From the sequence record LC483177.1: a DNA stretch of 64,000 bases, one strand, 5' to 3'. Every line of letters starts with the position of its first letter. The stretch's first letter is position 1. Shown here piece by piece: positions 9,664 to 20,277 of this stretch. The translations under genes were made by a program, and so were the position numbers. Source of the DNA: Klebsiella phage 05F01. The notes beneath the pieces are model-generated. The model saw only the letters and a list, made by a program, of their open reading frames with translations, did not search any database and was not told where the DNA came from.

Positions 9664-11150
9664 TATACCGCCCCGTAAGAGTATGAAATGTTATCTAAAT
9701 CGAGGCTTGGTATCTCATAATAAGCTGGAGATATATCATCTGTTGAATAAGATGAATCTTCCTCATTACTTAGTTTAACATAAACAGTAAGTGAAGTCAA
9801 GCGACCAAAAGATAAAGCACCATAAACAACCCCTTTTATTTGATCAAGATAAATCCCACTACCTATCTCAAAGTTAGCTTCTAGTGTAGTTAATGCAGAA
9901 ACAATGGCAGCTTTCTCAGTTGTCGTTAAAGATTTCTCATTAGACGTTGTATACTGGAGTTTGATATCATAATCAGCTTCAGATGCAGGTGTATATTTTA
10001 TAGTTTCAGTTCCACCATCTTCTGTAGATATTATTGTAGAGACAGACCCATAGGTTTTAGTGTTAATAGGTTTAGTTTCATATAGAGTCTGAGCTATATC
10101 TGCCTGATTTCCACCTGATACTATGGTATTGAATGTAAAAGCTTCTGCTTCAGTTGAATCGATATTGGTTGGGTTATCATAGATTCTAACTTTAGTGACA
10201 CCATCTAGATCTAGAATTGCTCTGATAATTGCAGGTCTTGTTGATGCCTGTGCTTCATCTTGCTCATCATTAAACCTTGCTCTAAATTCAGCATCAGTTT
10301 CTACATCAGTTCCAGAGGAGAATTCAGTAAAATTCCCTGTTGCAGAATATCCAGTGAATGTTGAAGAGATACCACTAATACCACCCTTACCTAATGCATA
10401 ATAACCTTTTGTAGAAGCTGTAACAGGAATTAAACTCCATTTTGTGCCTAAAGAATAGTTAGCATACAATGAAACTGAATTTGTTAATCCCACTGGATTA
10501 GTTAAGTCACTTGAATCAAATCCTACATATAATGTATTAGATGAAACAAATACATTAGACGTATCTGAATCAGAAACATTATCCTGAATAAAGGTAGCTA
10601 GATTAGAGAGAAAATTAACATCTGTTGTGGTTAATGTTGTAGAACTAAGTGCACCTGTTGAGTAGTTTGAACAATAAAAAGTAACACTGGTGGCTGTAGA
10701 TGTAGCTGAAGATCTTGTTAATGTGTATGCGGATACCTTAGATTTTAGGTCAGTATCAGAAGAAACATAATATAAAATATCATTAGTTCCTGTAAAATAA
10801 GTATCTGTAGTTATTTCATAAGACCAATCTGCACTTGCAGTTGTTTTGACAAAAGCGTAGCCTGCCCCTGCTGATGCTGATTTTCTATAAAGGCCCCTTT
10901 TAGAGAATAGATCATCTAGATAAACACCCTCTGCACCATTTAATGTCTGTGTATTATAGACACCCTGAAGTCCTTCCCATAAAGTATAATCAGTATATGC
11001 AAGGATCCTAAAGAACTGTCCAAAGACAGTATCTTCTCCTGTTGCTACATCGGTACCAAATGTATCAGATAGTGCATTTAAATAATTATCCAAAACTTGA
11101 TCATAAGTTGGCATTATAAAGCCGTTATCTGTTAAACCATAGCTTGCCAT
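9663..11150 (-). CDS. baseplate wedge protein (J-like position)
   Basis: 495 aa, placed after the gp25-like gene in baseplate order. Acidic, Ser/Thr-rich. Confidence 0.4.
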   Translation of the reverse strand: MASYGLTDNGFIMPTYDQVLDNYLNALSDTFGTDVATGEDTVFGQFFRILAYTDYTLWEGLQGVYNTQTLNGAEGVYLDDLFSKRGLYRKSASAGAGYAFVKTTASADWSYEITTDTYFTGTNDILYYVSSDTDLKSKVSAYTLTRSSATSTATSVTFYCSNYSTGALSSTTLTTTDVNFLSNLATFIQDNVSDSDTSNVFVSSNTLYVGFDSSDLTNPVGLTNSVSLYANYSLGTKWSLIPVTASTKGYYALGKGGISGISSTFTGYSATGNFTEFSSGTDVETDAEFRARFNDEQDEAQASTRPAIIRAILDLDGVTKVRIYDNPTNIDSTEAEAFTFNTIVSGGNQADIAQTLYETKPINTKTYGSVSTIISTEDGGTETIKYTPASEADYDIKLQYTTSNEKSLTTTEKAAIVSALTTLEANFEIGSGIYLDQIKGVVYGALSFGRLTSLTVYVKLSNEEDSSYSTDDISPAYYEIPSLDLDNISYSYGAV

Positions 11151-11168
11151 TAATTCCCCTCTTTTATC

Positions 11169-11402
11169 TTATCTATCGCCAGGGCCTCTGCCCCAGCGTA
11201 AATCAACAAGGTTTTTCATTAACCTTGAAGGTGTTATCATAAATGCATAAATCCACCCCAACCATTCAGGGATCTCTTTATAAATACCTAAATATATAAA
11301 CATACCAGTTATTGTTATTATCCCTACCCCGTTCCAAAATTTAGTGGAACTAGCACGATCCGTGTGATAATTTCCAAATATACCTTTTAAAAAGTCTTTC
11401 AT
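11169..11402 (-). CDS. small membrane protein
   Basis: 77 aa with one clear hydrophobic helix (GVGIITITGMFIYLGIY). Confidence 0.3.
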   Translation of the reverse strand: MKDFLKGIFGNYHTDRASSTKFWNGVGIITITGMFIYLGIYKEIPEWLGWIYAFMITPSRLMKNLVDLRWGRGPGDR

Positions 11403-11411
11403 TTATTAACC

Positions 11412-11951
11412 TTATGTCGTTATAGTTGCCCACATGTTCCACCACGTAGCAAATGTGTCTACAGGAAGTCCTTCATAGTTTTCAAAGTAATAAAGTTCAT
11501 CTGCATATTCTCTGAAATTAACAAGGCTACATGATACAACTGGCCCACCTTCGGTCGGAGTTGGATAAAAATACTCTTCAGAGGGTCTCGTGCTAAATGA
11601 TGTTGAAACTGTTTCACCTGCAACGATTACAGTTACAGTCATTGTGTAATATCTTTCATCTCTGTCATATGTAGAGCTATAAGACTTTATGCTATCAACA
11701 TATTCATTTGCAGCTATTTGGCTAAGAAATACTTTATCAACTACTTCTTTTTTACGTGCTACACCAATTATTTGTTGTAAATATGGAACACCAAATGTTG
11801 TGTCTAAGAACCATTCACCACGCCAAGTTTTGAGAGTAATCCCTAATGTTTGAACACACATTTCGGTATTAGTTGTTGTAAGTGTTAAATCTCCTGATGT
11901 TAACAGGAGATCATTATTTTTATCTAATTTTAAATCAAATGCAACTGCCAT
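11412..11951 (-). CDS. baseplate wedge protein, gp25/GPW-like
   Basis: 179 aa. N-terminal DL...LLLTSGDL motif resembles the GPW/gp25 family, and it sits next to the spike gene. Confidence 0.45.
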   Translation of the reverse strand: MAVAFDLKLDKNNDLLLTSGDLTLTTTNTEMCVQTLGITLKTWRGEWFLDTTFGVPYLQQIIGVARKKEVVDKVFLSQIAANEYVDSIKSYSSTYDRDERYYTMTVTVIVAGETVSTSFSTRPSEEYFYPTPTEGGPVVSCSLVNFREYADELYYFENYEGLPVDTFATWWNMWATITT

Positions 11952-11952
11952 A

Positions 11953-12687
11953 TTATTCTCCTACAGGAATATCAGATTCTACTGTAGAACTACCAGACTC
12001 AACACCAGAAACTCTATGTGTATGTGTATGGAATGCGACACCGTTACTATCAGTAATTAGACCATTCTCATCTATAATAAGCCCATTTATATTAAATGTT
12101 CCACCATTAAAGGTTAAATTTCCACCTGTTAAAGAGAGTGTACCTGAACCATCTGTCAATGAGATTCCTGTTGTTGTTAAATCAACCTTCATTCCTTGAC
12201 TATTATAAATAGAGATGTTACCATCAGGATCAAATGAGCTATATGTATTTTTATTATTTGAAATAACAATACTATTTTCATCAACAGACTCTGTAGAATC
12301 TGTTCCAGTTGCTATTTTAGGTATAAAACAAACAGGGTACATGCCGCATGGTTGAATTATACTTGCACTAGAGGCTTCCTCACCAGAAGTTTGCATAGCA
12401 TTTGATATATCTCTTTCAGCAAATATAACTGTACCAATGTCACCTGATTTTATGGGAAAGGATATTCTAGCATTTCCACCACCATTAATCATAAAAGGCA
12501 CATCATACATTGTTGGGTAGCTTATCTCATCATCACTACCCCTTTTATTCTTTACTATTGACTCTAGATGAACTGTTTTTGCACCATAATCAACAGATGT
12601 CACTCTTGCTGGCAGCGAAGTATGTATCTCAGAAATATGGTCCATAATTAGTTGTCTAAAGGATGTTACAATATTAAGTGCATCCAT
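11953..12687 (-). CDS. baseplate central spike (gpV-like)
   Basis: 244 aa. C-terminal HTHTH cluster is reminiscent of metal-binding spike apexes. Position is between the hub-like and gp25-like genes. Confidence 0.4.
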   Translation of the reverse strand: MDALNIVTSFRQLIMDHISEIHTSLPARVTSVDYGAKTVHLESIVKNKRGSDDEISYPTMYDVPFMINGGGNARISFPIKSGDIGTVIFAERDISNAMQTSGEEASSASIIQPCGMYPVCFIPKIATGTDSTESVDENSIVISNNKNTYSSFDPDGNISIYNSQGMKVDLTTTGISLTDGSGTLSLTGGNLTFNGGTFNINGLIIDENGLITDSNGVAFHTHTHRVSGVESGSSTVESDIPVGE

Positions 12688-12694
12688 TTTAACC

Positions 12695-13702
12695 TCAGTT
12701 TTTTATTACTCCTGATACAGAAACAGCCTCTACATCAGATGTCCAATCCCTTCCTTCATAATCACCAGAATGTGTTACGCTTACTACTTTAAATGCCCCA
12801 TCATAATCATGACTCTTCAACCAAACAGTTTTTTCTGGTAATATGCTTCCATTAACTTGACAACGAAATTTTACACCGTCTGTTGGCTTCTTAGCTTTAT
12901 TGCTGGATTTTGTAGTTTTCTTAGCTGGCTTAATATCATTGTGGAAAGGTTGAGGGCTACCAATTAAACCAGTTTCAGGGCTGATATAAGCAGACCGATT
13001 GCTGGACCTTTTTGATCTAGGTGTGATATAAACAGAACCATCCTGTATTGAAACATTATGGTCTATGCTTTTACAGTAGGACTCAAGATTTGCAGAAGTA
13101 TTTCCGCAAATGTGTGCAGGGGATGATATTGCAGCATCACTGTCGATATTAACTGTTCCTCTAGTCGTTCCCATATCAGTAACTAAGTCATTTACAATAG
13201 TTTTAACTTTAGTTCCTTTCTGGTAACTTCTACTAGTTCTGGCTTCTTGTATGTTAATACCGCCATCAACACAATTTAGTTCAGTTTTTCTATCAGTACC
13301 TGAAAATGTATCACTCACCCACTGGACAGTTCCTTTAAATATCATTATAAGGTCTTGGCCTTGATAACCTACAGAAAGCGCCACTGCTAGGTTGTTTCTT
13401 ATATTTTTGTTTATGTAGTTAACTGTATCATCAGTTAAGTTATAAATTGTTATAGTTGCTTTATTAGGGTCTTTATTGTTATCTTTTCTTACATTAAAAG
13501 TTATTTGATGTTCAGTCATTAGTATCAAATTACCAGTAGAACGTGTAGTGCTTTCTAATTTATTATCCAGGTCTACTGTAGACTTAAATGAAGAGTTACT
13601 GTTTTTTATTGATTTAGTATTGGTAGCAGCTCCTATTAAAAGTTTATATGCATGGTTTAGGTTAGGATCTGCTGCTCTACTAACTTTTTGTGTATCTGCC
13701 AT
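12695..13702 (-). CDS. baseplate hub / tail assembly protein
   Basis: 335 aa, located between the TMP-proximal genes and the spike gene. Assigned by gene order only. Confidence 0.35.
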   Translation of the reverse strand: MADTQKVSRAADPNLNHAYKLLIGAATNTKSIKNSNSSFKSTVDLDNKLESTTRSTGNLILMTEHQITFNVRKDNNKDPNKATITIYNLTDDTVNYINKNIRNNLAVALSVGYQGQDLIMIFKGTVQWVSDTFSGTDRKTELNCVDGGINIQEARTSRSYQKGTKVKTIVNDLVTDMGTTRGTVNIDSDAAISSPAHICGNTSANLESYCKSIDHNVSIQDGSVYITPRSKRSSNRSAYISPETGLIGSPQPFHNDIKPAKKTTKSSNKAKKPTDGVKFRCQVNGSILPEKTVWLKSHDYDGAFKVVSVTHSGDYEGRDWTSDVEAVSVSGVIKN

Positions 13703-14130
13703 TAATCTTGGTCCTCCAATGCATCTATATATACGAGAACAAACCGCTTTTCTACCCCCGTATCATCATAACCTGGTCTACCATTAATTTTTACAGTATC
13801 TATAAGATAAAGTTGCCCATCAGGAACTGAGTCAAGATACTTATATGGGGTTAATAGGTCCAAGCCATTTGTGACTTTAAATGTGACGGATGGGTCATCT
13901 CCAGAAAGCCCTAATAGCATCTGCCAAGACTCATCTCGTGTATTCCATCTTAACCTAATATCGTAGTCTACACTATCTAATGTCACGGTATATATTTGGT
14001 CAGTATCTTCTTCTGTTTTTAAATACCACACACCATAACTAGGGTTATTATTCATGAAAACTGCTAAATAACCTTTGTTGGTTGTATCTTCTCTTAAAAC
14101 AGAAGCAAAAGTTAAGTATGCATTTGCCAT
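13702..14130 (-). CDS. tail/baseplate assembly protein
   Basis: 142 aa, translationally coupled (ATGA overlap) to both neighbours. Confidence 0.3.
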   Translation of the reverse strand: MANAYLTFASVLREDTTNKGYLAVFMNNNPSYGVWYLKTEEDTDQIYTVTLDSVDYDIRLRWNTRDESWQMLLGLSGDDPSVTFKVTNGLDLLTPYKYLDSVPDGQLYLIDTVKINGRPGYDDTGVEKRFVLVYIDALEDQD

Positions 14131-14840
14131 TATTGTGATGTCCCTGAATTAGTAGATGTACCACTTACTGTAGCTGCTTGCTGAGTAAGATTTGATTTAG
14201 GGGCCGCTGTTTTTACAGTCTTACCTTTACTAGATGTGCTCTTTGTCTTTGTAGCTATACCTGCAACAGTAGCACTATTGACCAGTCTAATTCTTTCAAA
14301 AGTCATTTCAAATTGTGCAGCATATTCAGGAGAAGATGAATAACTGTACCCTGTGAAGACAATATCTTCATACGCCCTATATTCTGTTACTAGAACAATT
14401 GTTTGTCTTGCTTCAAGTATTTGGTCTAAATATTCAATTGCCTGACTAACCCTAGTACCATTTAATCCTGATGCATAAAGTAAGTCATTTTTTAATCTAA
14501 TTGGAGTCTCTGTAATTACGCCAGTTAAAGTGAATTTATCATTTTTTATCTGGACATGGTCAGAAACATCTGTTATTGTTGTTCCCTTGGTTGCTTCAAC
14601 TGCATATGAAGTAACTTCAGCAGACCTCTCAATCTCTTGTGAAGGGATACTGTCAAAAACTATTGCTTGATAATTATTTATATAACTATCACTTGAATTA
14701 TTATAAAGGCTTGCTATTATAGCAAACCCATTTTCAGATTTAACTGTAGAACTGCTAGAGTTAGCGTTCATAGTCGAGTTTACACTAGTTGCCATAAAAC
14801 CTCTATTAATTTTAAGAAATAAATAAAGTCCTCCTATCAT
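14130..14840 (-). CDS. tail protein (DNA-circulation-like position)
   Basis: 236 aa, immediately downstream of the TMP gene. Confidence 0.3.
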   Translation of the reverse strand: MIGGLYLFLKINRGFMATSVNSTMNANSSSSTVKSENGFAIIASLYNNSSDSYINNYQAIVFDSIPSQEIERSAEVTSYAVEATKGTTITDVSDHVQIKNDKFTLTGVITETPIRLKNDLLYASGLNGTRVSQAIEYLDQILEARQTIVLVTEYRAYEDIVFTGYSYSSSPEYAAQFEMTFERIRLVNSATVAGIATKTKSTSSKGKTVKTAAPKSNLTQQAATVSGTSTNSGTSQ

Positions 14841-14896
14841 ATTATTGTATCATGATTTAATCTATTTGGCAAACTTTATCACTACATACATAAAAA

Positions 14897-14922
14897 TAAA
14901 GCCCCAAAAAGGGGCTTTTATT
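14897..14922 (-). terminator. rho-independent terminator after the TMP gene
   Basis: AAAGCCCC-AAAAA-GGGGCTTT hairpin with a T-run on the minus strand directly after the TMP stop. Confidence 0.55.
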
Positions 14923-16828
14923 AATTACTACCAGATGCTGATGTGGCTGAATTTACTCCTAATGTTAATTGATTCATAAAACTCTCGCTAGTGGCTTTAG
15001 CTGTATAATCAATATACTGACCTAACTGACTACCATCAGGAAGAACATTCACATTAATAGTTGGTTCAGGAAGAGTAATATTCACTCCACCATTATTAAG
15101 AGTTCCATAACCATAGAAAGAGTTTGTCCCTTTAAGATTTTCTAATGAAGGCATACGAGTGGTTCCATCACCAAATCCAAGAAGGTCTTTAAAATGTGAA
15201 ACTAGACTGTTATTAGCGGTATCACTCAAAGCTACAACATTAGGATCTGTATGATCCCAAGGGGCAGAAGTATTCTGATAAACACCAGTAGTATATCCGC
15301 TTGTAGCTTGTGCAACAGCAGCCTTACCTTCTGGAGTATCCCCTGCAAATGGACCACTAGTTAACTTGTCATACCAACCTTTGATAGTTGATACGGTGTC
15401 TTTGATGCTTGTAACTAATTCACCAAAGTGTTTAACTAGTTCACCAATCTGCTGACCTAACCATTTTGCACTCTCATCCAATATCTGTGCATTCTTATAG
15501 AGGTCATCTCCTTTGAAGTTCTCCATAAACCCTGTTAAGAAGTTATTTTGCATTCCTTGTGAAACTAAATTGAGTTGATTAGCTAGTCTAGAATACTCTT
15601 GTGATGCATCTATTTGCTCTTGAGAAAGTAAAGCACCTGATCGGTTAACTTCATTAAGCATTTTAATAAACTCTTCACCATTTTTAGAGAACATTCTCTG
15701 ATAGTGCATTAAGTCATCGCCTAAGTTTTCCATTAATCTACCGATCTGAGCAGAGTTCATCCCCCTTCTCTGTCCTTCATTAACTACTGCACCAATAAAG
15801 TCAAATGGATTATTTTGATATTGTTTAATTTGATCAACATTCCAACCAAACTGATTCATGATATCATTAATACCACTATCACCACCTTTCCATTTTCCTG
15901 TTTTTTGGTCAAACGTAGAATTCATTGCGGAGTTACCTAGTCTTTCCCTAACATCCTTAATGTTATCTATAGATTTTATGATATTAGCAGAGTCAACACC
16001 ATTTCTCTGTCCCCAAGCTGTCATAGCTTGAATTACTGCTGGAGATGTTTGAACGTTCTCTGCACCCCTTGAAATAAGGTTATTACGTTCTGCTGTTGAA
16101 TTTAATGTCTCAATAGTCCTGCTACCAACTTCATAAGCTGCTGCCACTCCAAGACCGCCAGCAACCATCCCTGGGTTAAGTGATAAACCACCTTCACGGA
16201 TTTTATCAAATCTACGACGACGACGGTTACTCTCAACTTCTGCGGCCCTTTCAGCACGTCTCTGTAATCTCATCTCTTCCTGTAGATCAGCCATTTTTTG
16301 ACGGTGAATTCTTCTTAGTGTATCTAATTGCTGTGCTAGTGTTTGGTTCATAGACATCGCAGTTATTTCACCTTTACGATAAAGATCTAATGTAGCTGCA
16401 ACTTCTCTCTGAATACTTTTTTGTGTATTTTTATCTACCCCTGTAAAACCCTGAGCACGATAATCAAAATTTCTTTGTCTAACCTCAGCAGTATCTAATC
16501 TACGTTGTCTTTGTCTCTCTTCTGCTGAAGGTCTATTTGTATTAGTAGGTCTTGGGGTATTACTCGATGTAGGTTTATTTGTTCTAGGTGGTACAGGTGT
16601 ATTACCAGGCACACCGCCTGGTATATTTACCATTTGTCTTTGGATAGCTTTAGCGTATCTTTCAGCTTCCCTCATTTGTCTTTTAAATTTATTAAGATTC
16701 ATTTGTGGCTGTAAGCCTTCAATAAAATCTTTGATGCCTTTAATAGATTCCTTAGCTTCTCTTAAACTGTTTTTATCTACAGTAAAGTCAACTACGTTTC
16801 TAATTCGGCTAACTTTAATATCTAACAT
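14921..16828 (-). CDS. tail tape measure protein
   Basis: 635 aa, Gln/Arg/Ala-rich with extended coiled-coil segments (EEMRLQRRAERAAEVESNRRRRRF). Lies upstream of the baseplate genes and downstream of the chaperones. Confidence 0.6.
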   Translation of the reverse strand: MLDIKVSRIRNVVDFTVDKNSLREAKESIKGIKDFIEGLQPQMNLNKFKRQMREAERYAKAIQRQMVNIPGGVPGNTPVPPRTNKPTSSNTPRPTNTNRPSAEERQRQRRLDTAEVRQRNFDYRAQGFTGVDKNTQKSIQREVAATLDLYRKGEITAMSMNQTLAQQLDTLRRIHRQKMADLQEEMRLQRRAERAAEVESNRRRRRFDKIREGGLSLNPGMVAGGLGVAAAYEVGSRTIETLNSTAERNNLISRGAENVQTSPAVIQAMTAWGQRNGVDSANIIKSIDNIKDVRERLGNSAMNSTFDQKTGKWKGGDSGINDIMNQFGWNVDQIKQYQNNPFDFIGAVVNEGQRRGMNSAQIGRLMENLGDDLMHYQRMFSKNGEEFIKMLNEVNRSGALLSQEQIDASQEYSRLANQLNLVSQGMQNNFLTGFMENFKGDDLYKNAQILDESAKWLGQQIGELVKHFGELVTSIKDTVSTIKGWYDKLTSGPFAGDTPEGKAAVAQATSGYTTGVYQNTSAPWDHTDPNVVALSDTANNSLVSHFKDLLGFGDGTTRMPSLENLKGTNSFYGYGTLNNGGVNITLPEPTINVNVLPDGSQLGQYIDYTAKATSESFMNQLTLGVNSATSASGSN

Positions 16829-16836
16829 AAGCCCTC

Positions 16837-17076
16837 TTAATTAGGTAATGATTGGAACAATTTACCAATCCTATTCCTTTGTGATGCAATGTCTACACTA
16901 GATTTTTGCTGAAGTGCATTCATATACTCATCGAAAGATATGTATTCAAATACATCCATTAAATAATCAACACCATATCTATCTAGACTTTCCATAGTTT
17001 CAGATGTATTCTTAATAACTTTAAAGATAATTACTTTCCACCAGGTTAAAGACAAGGTTTCAGAGGCGATATCCAT
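16837..17076 (-). CDS. tail assembly chaperone (second of pair)
   Basis: 79-aa ORF between the G-like chaperone and the TMP. It does not overlap the upstream ORF. Confidence 0.35.
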   Translation of the reverse strand: MDIASETLSLTWWKVIIFKVIKNTSETMESLDRYGVDYLMDVFEYISFDEYMNALQQKSSVDIASQRNRIGKLFQSLPN

Positions 17077-17096
17077 CGCCTTTTTTACAGAAGGAG

Positions 17097-17609
17097 TTAG
17101 ATGCGATTCAGTTCCGCTACCTTCCGCAGTGGGTTTAATAGATTTTTGAAACCTCGTTTGAAAAAAGGGCCATAGTTTGCCTCCAGTGTTGCAGCTAAGA
17201 GGTCAATAACTAATTCAGGGTGTTCTTTAAATATCTCATCAAAGTTATCTTTCACTGAATACCCAGACTCAGTATAGACATCATCTAAAATCTTTTTAAT
17301 AAACTCAGAAAGGTTTTTCTCATCTAAACCATTAAATAGTTGCATCAATGCCATAGCGATACCTTCTTCATAAGAACGTTCACCATCTAATGCACCTAAA
17401 CCAGCATTCTCTTCTGCTGCTGAATACATAACTGCTGGAATTGCTAATACACTACCTAGTTCAGGAAGACGTTCAAATACTTTTGTAGGAGACCAACGAA
17501 CAATACGGAAAGTTACCTTACGTTCCTCATCAATATTAATATCAACTTTAACTTCAGGTCGTGCTAATTGTTGAAATACACTTTTTTCTTCATTTTTATT
17601 ATCTTTCAT
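17097..17609 (-). CDS. tail assembly chaperone
   Basis: 170-aa acidic protein between the tube gene and the TMP. Confidence 0.4.
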   Translation of the reverse strand: MKDNKNEEKSVFQQLARPEVKVDINIDEERKVTFRIVRWSPTKVFERLPELGSVLAIPAVMYSAAEENAGLGALDGERSYEEGIAMALMQLFNGLDEKNLSEFIKKILDDVYTESGYSVKDNFDEIFKEHPELVIDLLAATLEANYGPFFKRGFKNLLNPLRKVAELNRI

Positions 17610-17611
17610 TT

Positions 17612-17642
17612 TCTCTCCATAAAAAATAAGGCGGCATAAGCC
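17612..17642 (-). terminator. rho-independent terminator after the tail tube gene
   Basis: GAGGCGGC-TTAT-GCCGCCTT hairpin followed by TTTTTT on the minus strand. Confidence 0.55.
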
Positions 17643-17649
17643 GCCTCTA

Positions 17650-18120
17650 TTACTGAATTGTCAGCGCACTGATTGCATTAAGAGCAAGGTCAGATGCTGT
17701 TCTCAGAAGCGATGCATCTTTCAGTCCGATAACCCATTGGTTTTCACCAATAGTTTCACCAATTGTATCTTCTGGTTGACTTTGAATCCAACCGATAGTA
17801 CTAATGTAATATCCCATAGGATCTTCCAGATACACTGTGAATGCTACTTCACGAGTAGTATATCCTTGCTGAACGAATGCAGTGAGGATTTCATTAGCAT
17901 CGGAGGTTCTTTGGAGAGATAATGTCATAGTCCCAAGTCTGTTACGAGATTGAGCTAATGAAACATCTCCATCGGTACCTGCATATGGGTTTATAATGTC
18001 ATTAGTTTTAGATACAACAATCTTAGTGTCTGCTGCCCATCCATAAGGAGACCAACCACCAAGAGTGAGGGTTACGTTAGAAGGATCATAGGCTGATGTG
18101 CCAGTTAACATCTTATCCAT
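17650..18120 (-). CDS. tail tube protein
   Basis: 156 aa, immediately after the sheath gene. Elevated GC and codon bias suggest high expression. Confidence 0.55.
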   Translation of the reverse strand: MDKMLTGTSAYDPSNVTLTLGGWSPYGWAADTKIVVSKTNDIINPYAGTDGDVSLAQSRNRLGTMTLSLQRTSDANEILTAFVQQGYTTREVAFTVYLEDPMGYYISTIGWIQSQPEDTIGETIGENQWVIGLKDASLLRTASDLALNAISALTIQ

Positions 18121-18147
18121 TTTTATTCCTCAAGTCAAGTATTATTT

Positions 18148-18170
18148 AGGGGATTTCTCCCCTATTTATA
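18148..18170 (-). promoter_or_regulatory. T4-like late promoter motif TATAAATA followed by a GGGGAGAAATCCCC hairpin
   Basis: Minus strand reads AATATAAATAGGGGAGAAATCCCC about 45 nt upstream of the tube ATG. Confidence 0.4.
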
Positions 18171-19586
18171 TTAAGCAGATACTGTGGTAGTATTGCTGTT
18201 GGTCGAAGTGGTAGTTGCAGTTCTGTTTGTAAGAACATTAACCTGAACTTTAACGTAGTGAAGGAATCCAGCGTATACGTATTCAATTTTCATACCTTCA
18301 ACAATACGAGAGTTGATCTGCGTATTAGTCATATCAGCACGAGAAGGAATATACACTGTAGGTTTCAAGTTCACGTACATACCTGTATCTTCTGAAGTCA
18401 CTACTTCATTTGCAATACTTCCATTCAGGATACCAACGTTAATTGGATTCTCAAGGACAGCTTGGCGAATAAGAGCAAGACCAGAAGTAGTAGCCCTTAC
18501 ACCTGAACCCAGCATAGACTGCTGTTTGAATAAGCTGAAAAGAGACTCTTCTACACGTGCTTTAAACCAGAGAGCATGGCACACATAATCAAAGAAATAA
18601 CCGTTAACCATAAAGCCATCACGGTAAAAAAGTAAACCATGTTCTTTACGGTAGATATTACCGTTATTTGAGACGATGTTCGTTTCTTGCGTCGTGGTAA
18701 GTTGCTCAAGAGTAACTCCAACTAAAGTTTTACCATGAAGAGTAGTTGTTCCCGGTTGTGCTGAACAGATACTACCAACTACGGCAGCTTCTGGGTAAAC
18801 AACATCTGCATCAGACATCCATAATGCAAAACAAGTGTTGACATATCCTGTATTAACCAGAGTAATAAGTAAATTATTATCTGCATTATCACGAATATCT
18901 TCATCTTGACTACTAAAGAAATAAACTTTATCGTGTTCTTCTACATATGCAGCACAAGCTTCTACATCAGCAGCTTCATGGCTGTCAGACAGCAGGAAGA
19001 ACCAAGTATTATCTTTTTCTGCAATAGCAGCAATATCTTCAGTGATATTTGATGCGAAAGTTTTTGTAGCAACAAAGTTATCACTATACGCAAAGTCAGC
19101 AACAACACCAGATACAGGAGTAAGGGTAATTGCAGTAGAAGAACTTGCTACAGTAAAGTATGTGCTATAAGTTGTATCTGCATTAATTAGTGCAGCTAAC
19201 CCAGCAGTAATCTCTGCTACAGTGGCATCAGTATCTGATGTGAAACTAAAAGTCTTAGACGCTGTTCCATGTTTAATTGAAATTGTATATGCTGTAGAAT
19301 CTTCTGCTTCAGGGGTCAATGTGAAAGATGATACTTCACGCTTACCAATAATAACTTCATCTGGAGAGAAGAGACCATTAAAAAGTAACTCGGACATCAC
19401 ATAAGCAGGGCTGTTAACAGTAAAACCTGCTGCTAAAACTGCATCAGTGGATGTGAATACATCAACTAAATTGCCAGTAGCATTATGACCAGTTAGAATT
19501 AATGGGATATCAAATTGTGTTTCAGAAATAGTTGTAGCACCATAAACTAATGTGACGCTAACAACCTTGTCGCGGAAAGTTGCCAT
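18171..19586 (-). CDS. tail sheath protein
   Basis: 471 aa, directly upstream of the tube gene. Size and order are typical for a contractile tail sheath. Confidence 0.6.
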   Translation of the reverse strand: MATFRDKVVSVTLVYGATTISETQFDIPLILTGHNATGNLVDVFTSTDAVLAAGFTVNSPAYVMSELLFNGLFSPDEVIIGKREVSSFTLTPEAEDSTAYTISIKHGTASKTFSFTSDTDATVAEITAGLAALINADTTYSTYFTVASSSTAITLTPVSGVVADFAYSDNFVATKTFASNITEDIAAIAEKDNTWFFLLSDSHEAADVEACAAYVEEHDKVYFFSSQDEDIRDNADNNLLITLVNTGYVNTCFALWMSDADVVYPEAAVVGSICSAQPGTTTLHGKTLVGVTLEQLTTTQETNIVSNNGNIYRKEHGLLFYRDGFMVNGYFFDYVCHALWFKARVEESLFSLFKQQSMLGSGVRATTSGLALIRQAVLENPINVGILNGSIANEVVTSEDTGMYVNLKPTVYIPSRADMTNTQINSRIVEGMKIEYVYAGFLHYVKVQVNVLTNRTATTTSTNSNTTTVSA

Positions 19587-19596
19587 TTAAGCTCCT

Positions 19597-20277
19597 TTAA
19601 CTTGTTATCCAGGTATTATACCATGTTGAATATGTTAATTTAGGTAGTCCTTCTAAGTCGATAAATTTATATAAGTCAGAGGAACTTAATATAAATGTTA
19701 GAGAAGGAAATTCTCTTGTGAACTCTAAAGATAATTCGTTTATCCTCCAATAGGTTTCACTAGAGGTTAGTGTTGCATTAACACCAACTATTTCACTTGT
19801 CTCAGTATCTTCAGAGATAAGTCTAGAATTGAACGTAAGAACTAATCTTGCTCTTTGTTCAGTTTTATCTCCATCCAACACAGTATTAGATTGAGAGATA
19901 TTTGAAGCTGATAGGAAGCCTATACCTTTACTTATTAAGTATTGGTATTTTAATTCATCCCAACCTCTAAATGCAGAAAGCAGATATGACAATGCAGTTA
20001 TTGGTCTTCCTCTGTAGGCCATTATTTCTATTGTATAAGTCTGGTCCATAACATAAGTAAAAGCACCAGAGGATGACATAGACTGTTTTTGTCCCCATCC
20101 CCCTGAGTCATTCGATGTAATTATTCGGATGCCTATATAAGGTTTATCAGGACTTATTGAAGGTTTTCCTATAATATAAATAGGGAGTGCATCATCAAAA
20201 ACCTTACTTACAAAAGTAGATATATTTTCAAGTATAGCATCCTCATAAGCGATAATTTGATCAAATATATTAGCCAT
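19597..20277 (-). CDS. neck / tail completion protein
   Basis: ORF open to 20325, but the ATG at 20277 has a GGTGGA RBS and gives an ATGnnTAA overlap with the upstream stop. Confidence 0.35.
   Translation of the reverse strand: MANIFDQIIAYEDAILENISTFVSKVFDDALPIYIIGKPSISPDKPYIGIRIITSNDSGGWGQKQSMSSSGAFTYVMDQTYTIEIMAYRGRPITALSYLLSAFRGWDELKYQYLISKGIGFLSASNISQSNTVLDGDKTEQRARLVLTFNSRLISEDTETSEIVGVNATLTSSETYWRINELSLEFTREFPSLTFILSSSDLYKFIDLEGLPKLTYSTWYNTWITS

Noticed and set aside
16837-17609. Programmed translational frameshift between the two tail chaperone ORFs
   Set aside because: The two ORFs do not overlap (20-nt gap with an in-frame stop). No slippery heptamer was found, so the G/GT-type frameshift is not supported here.
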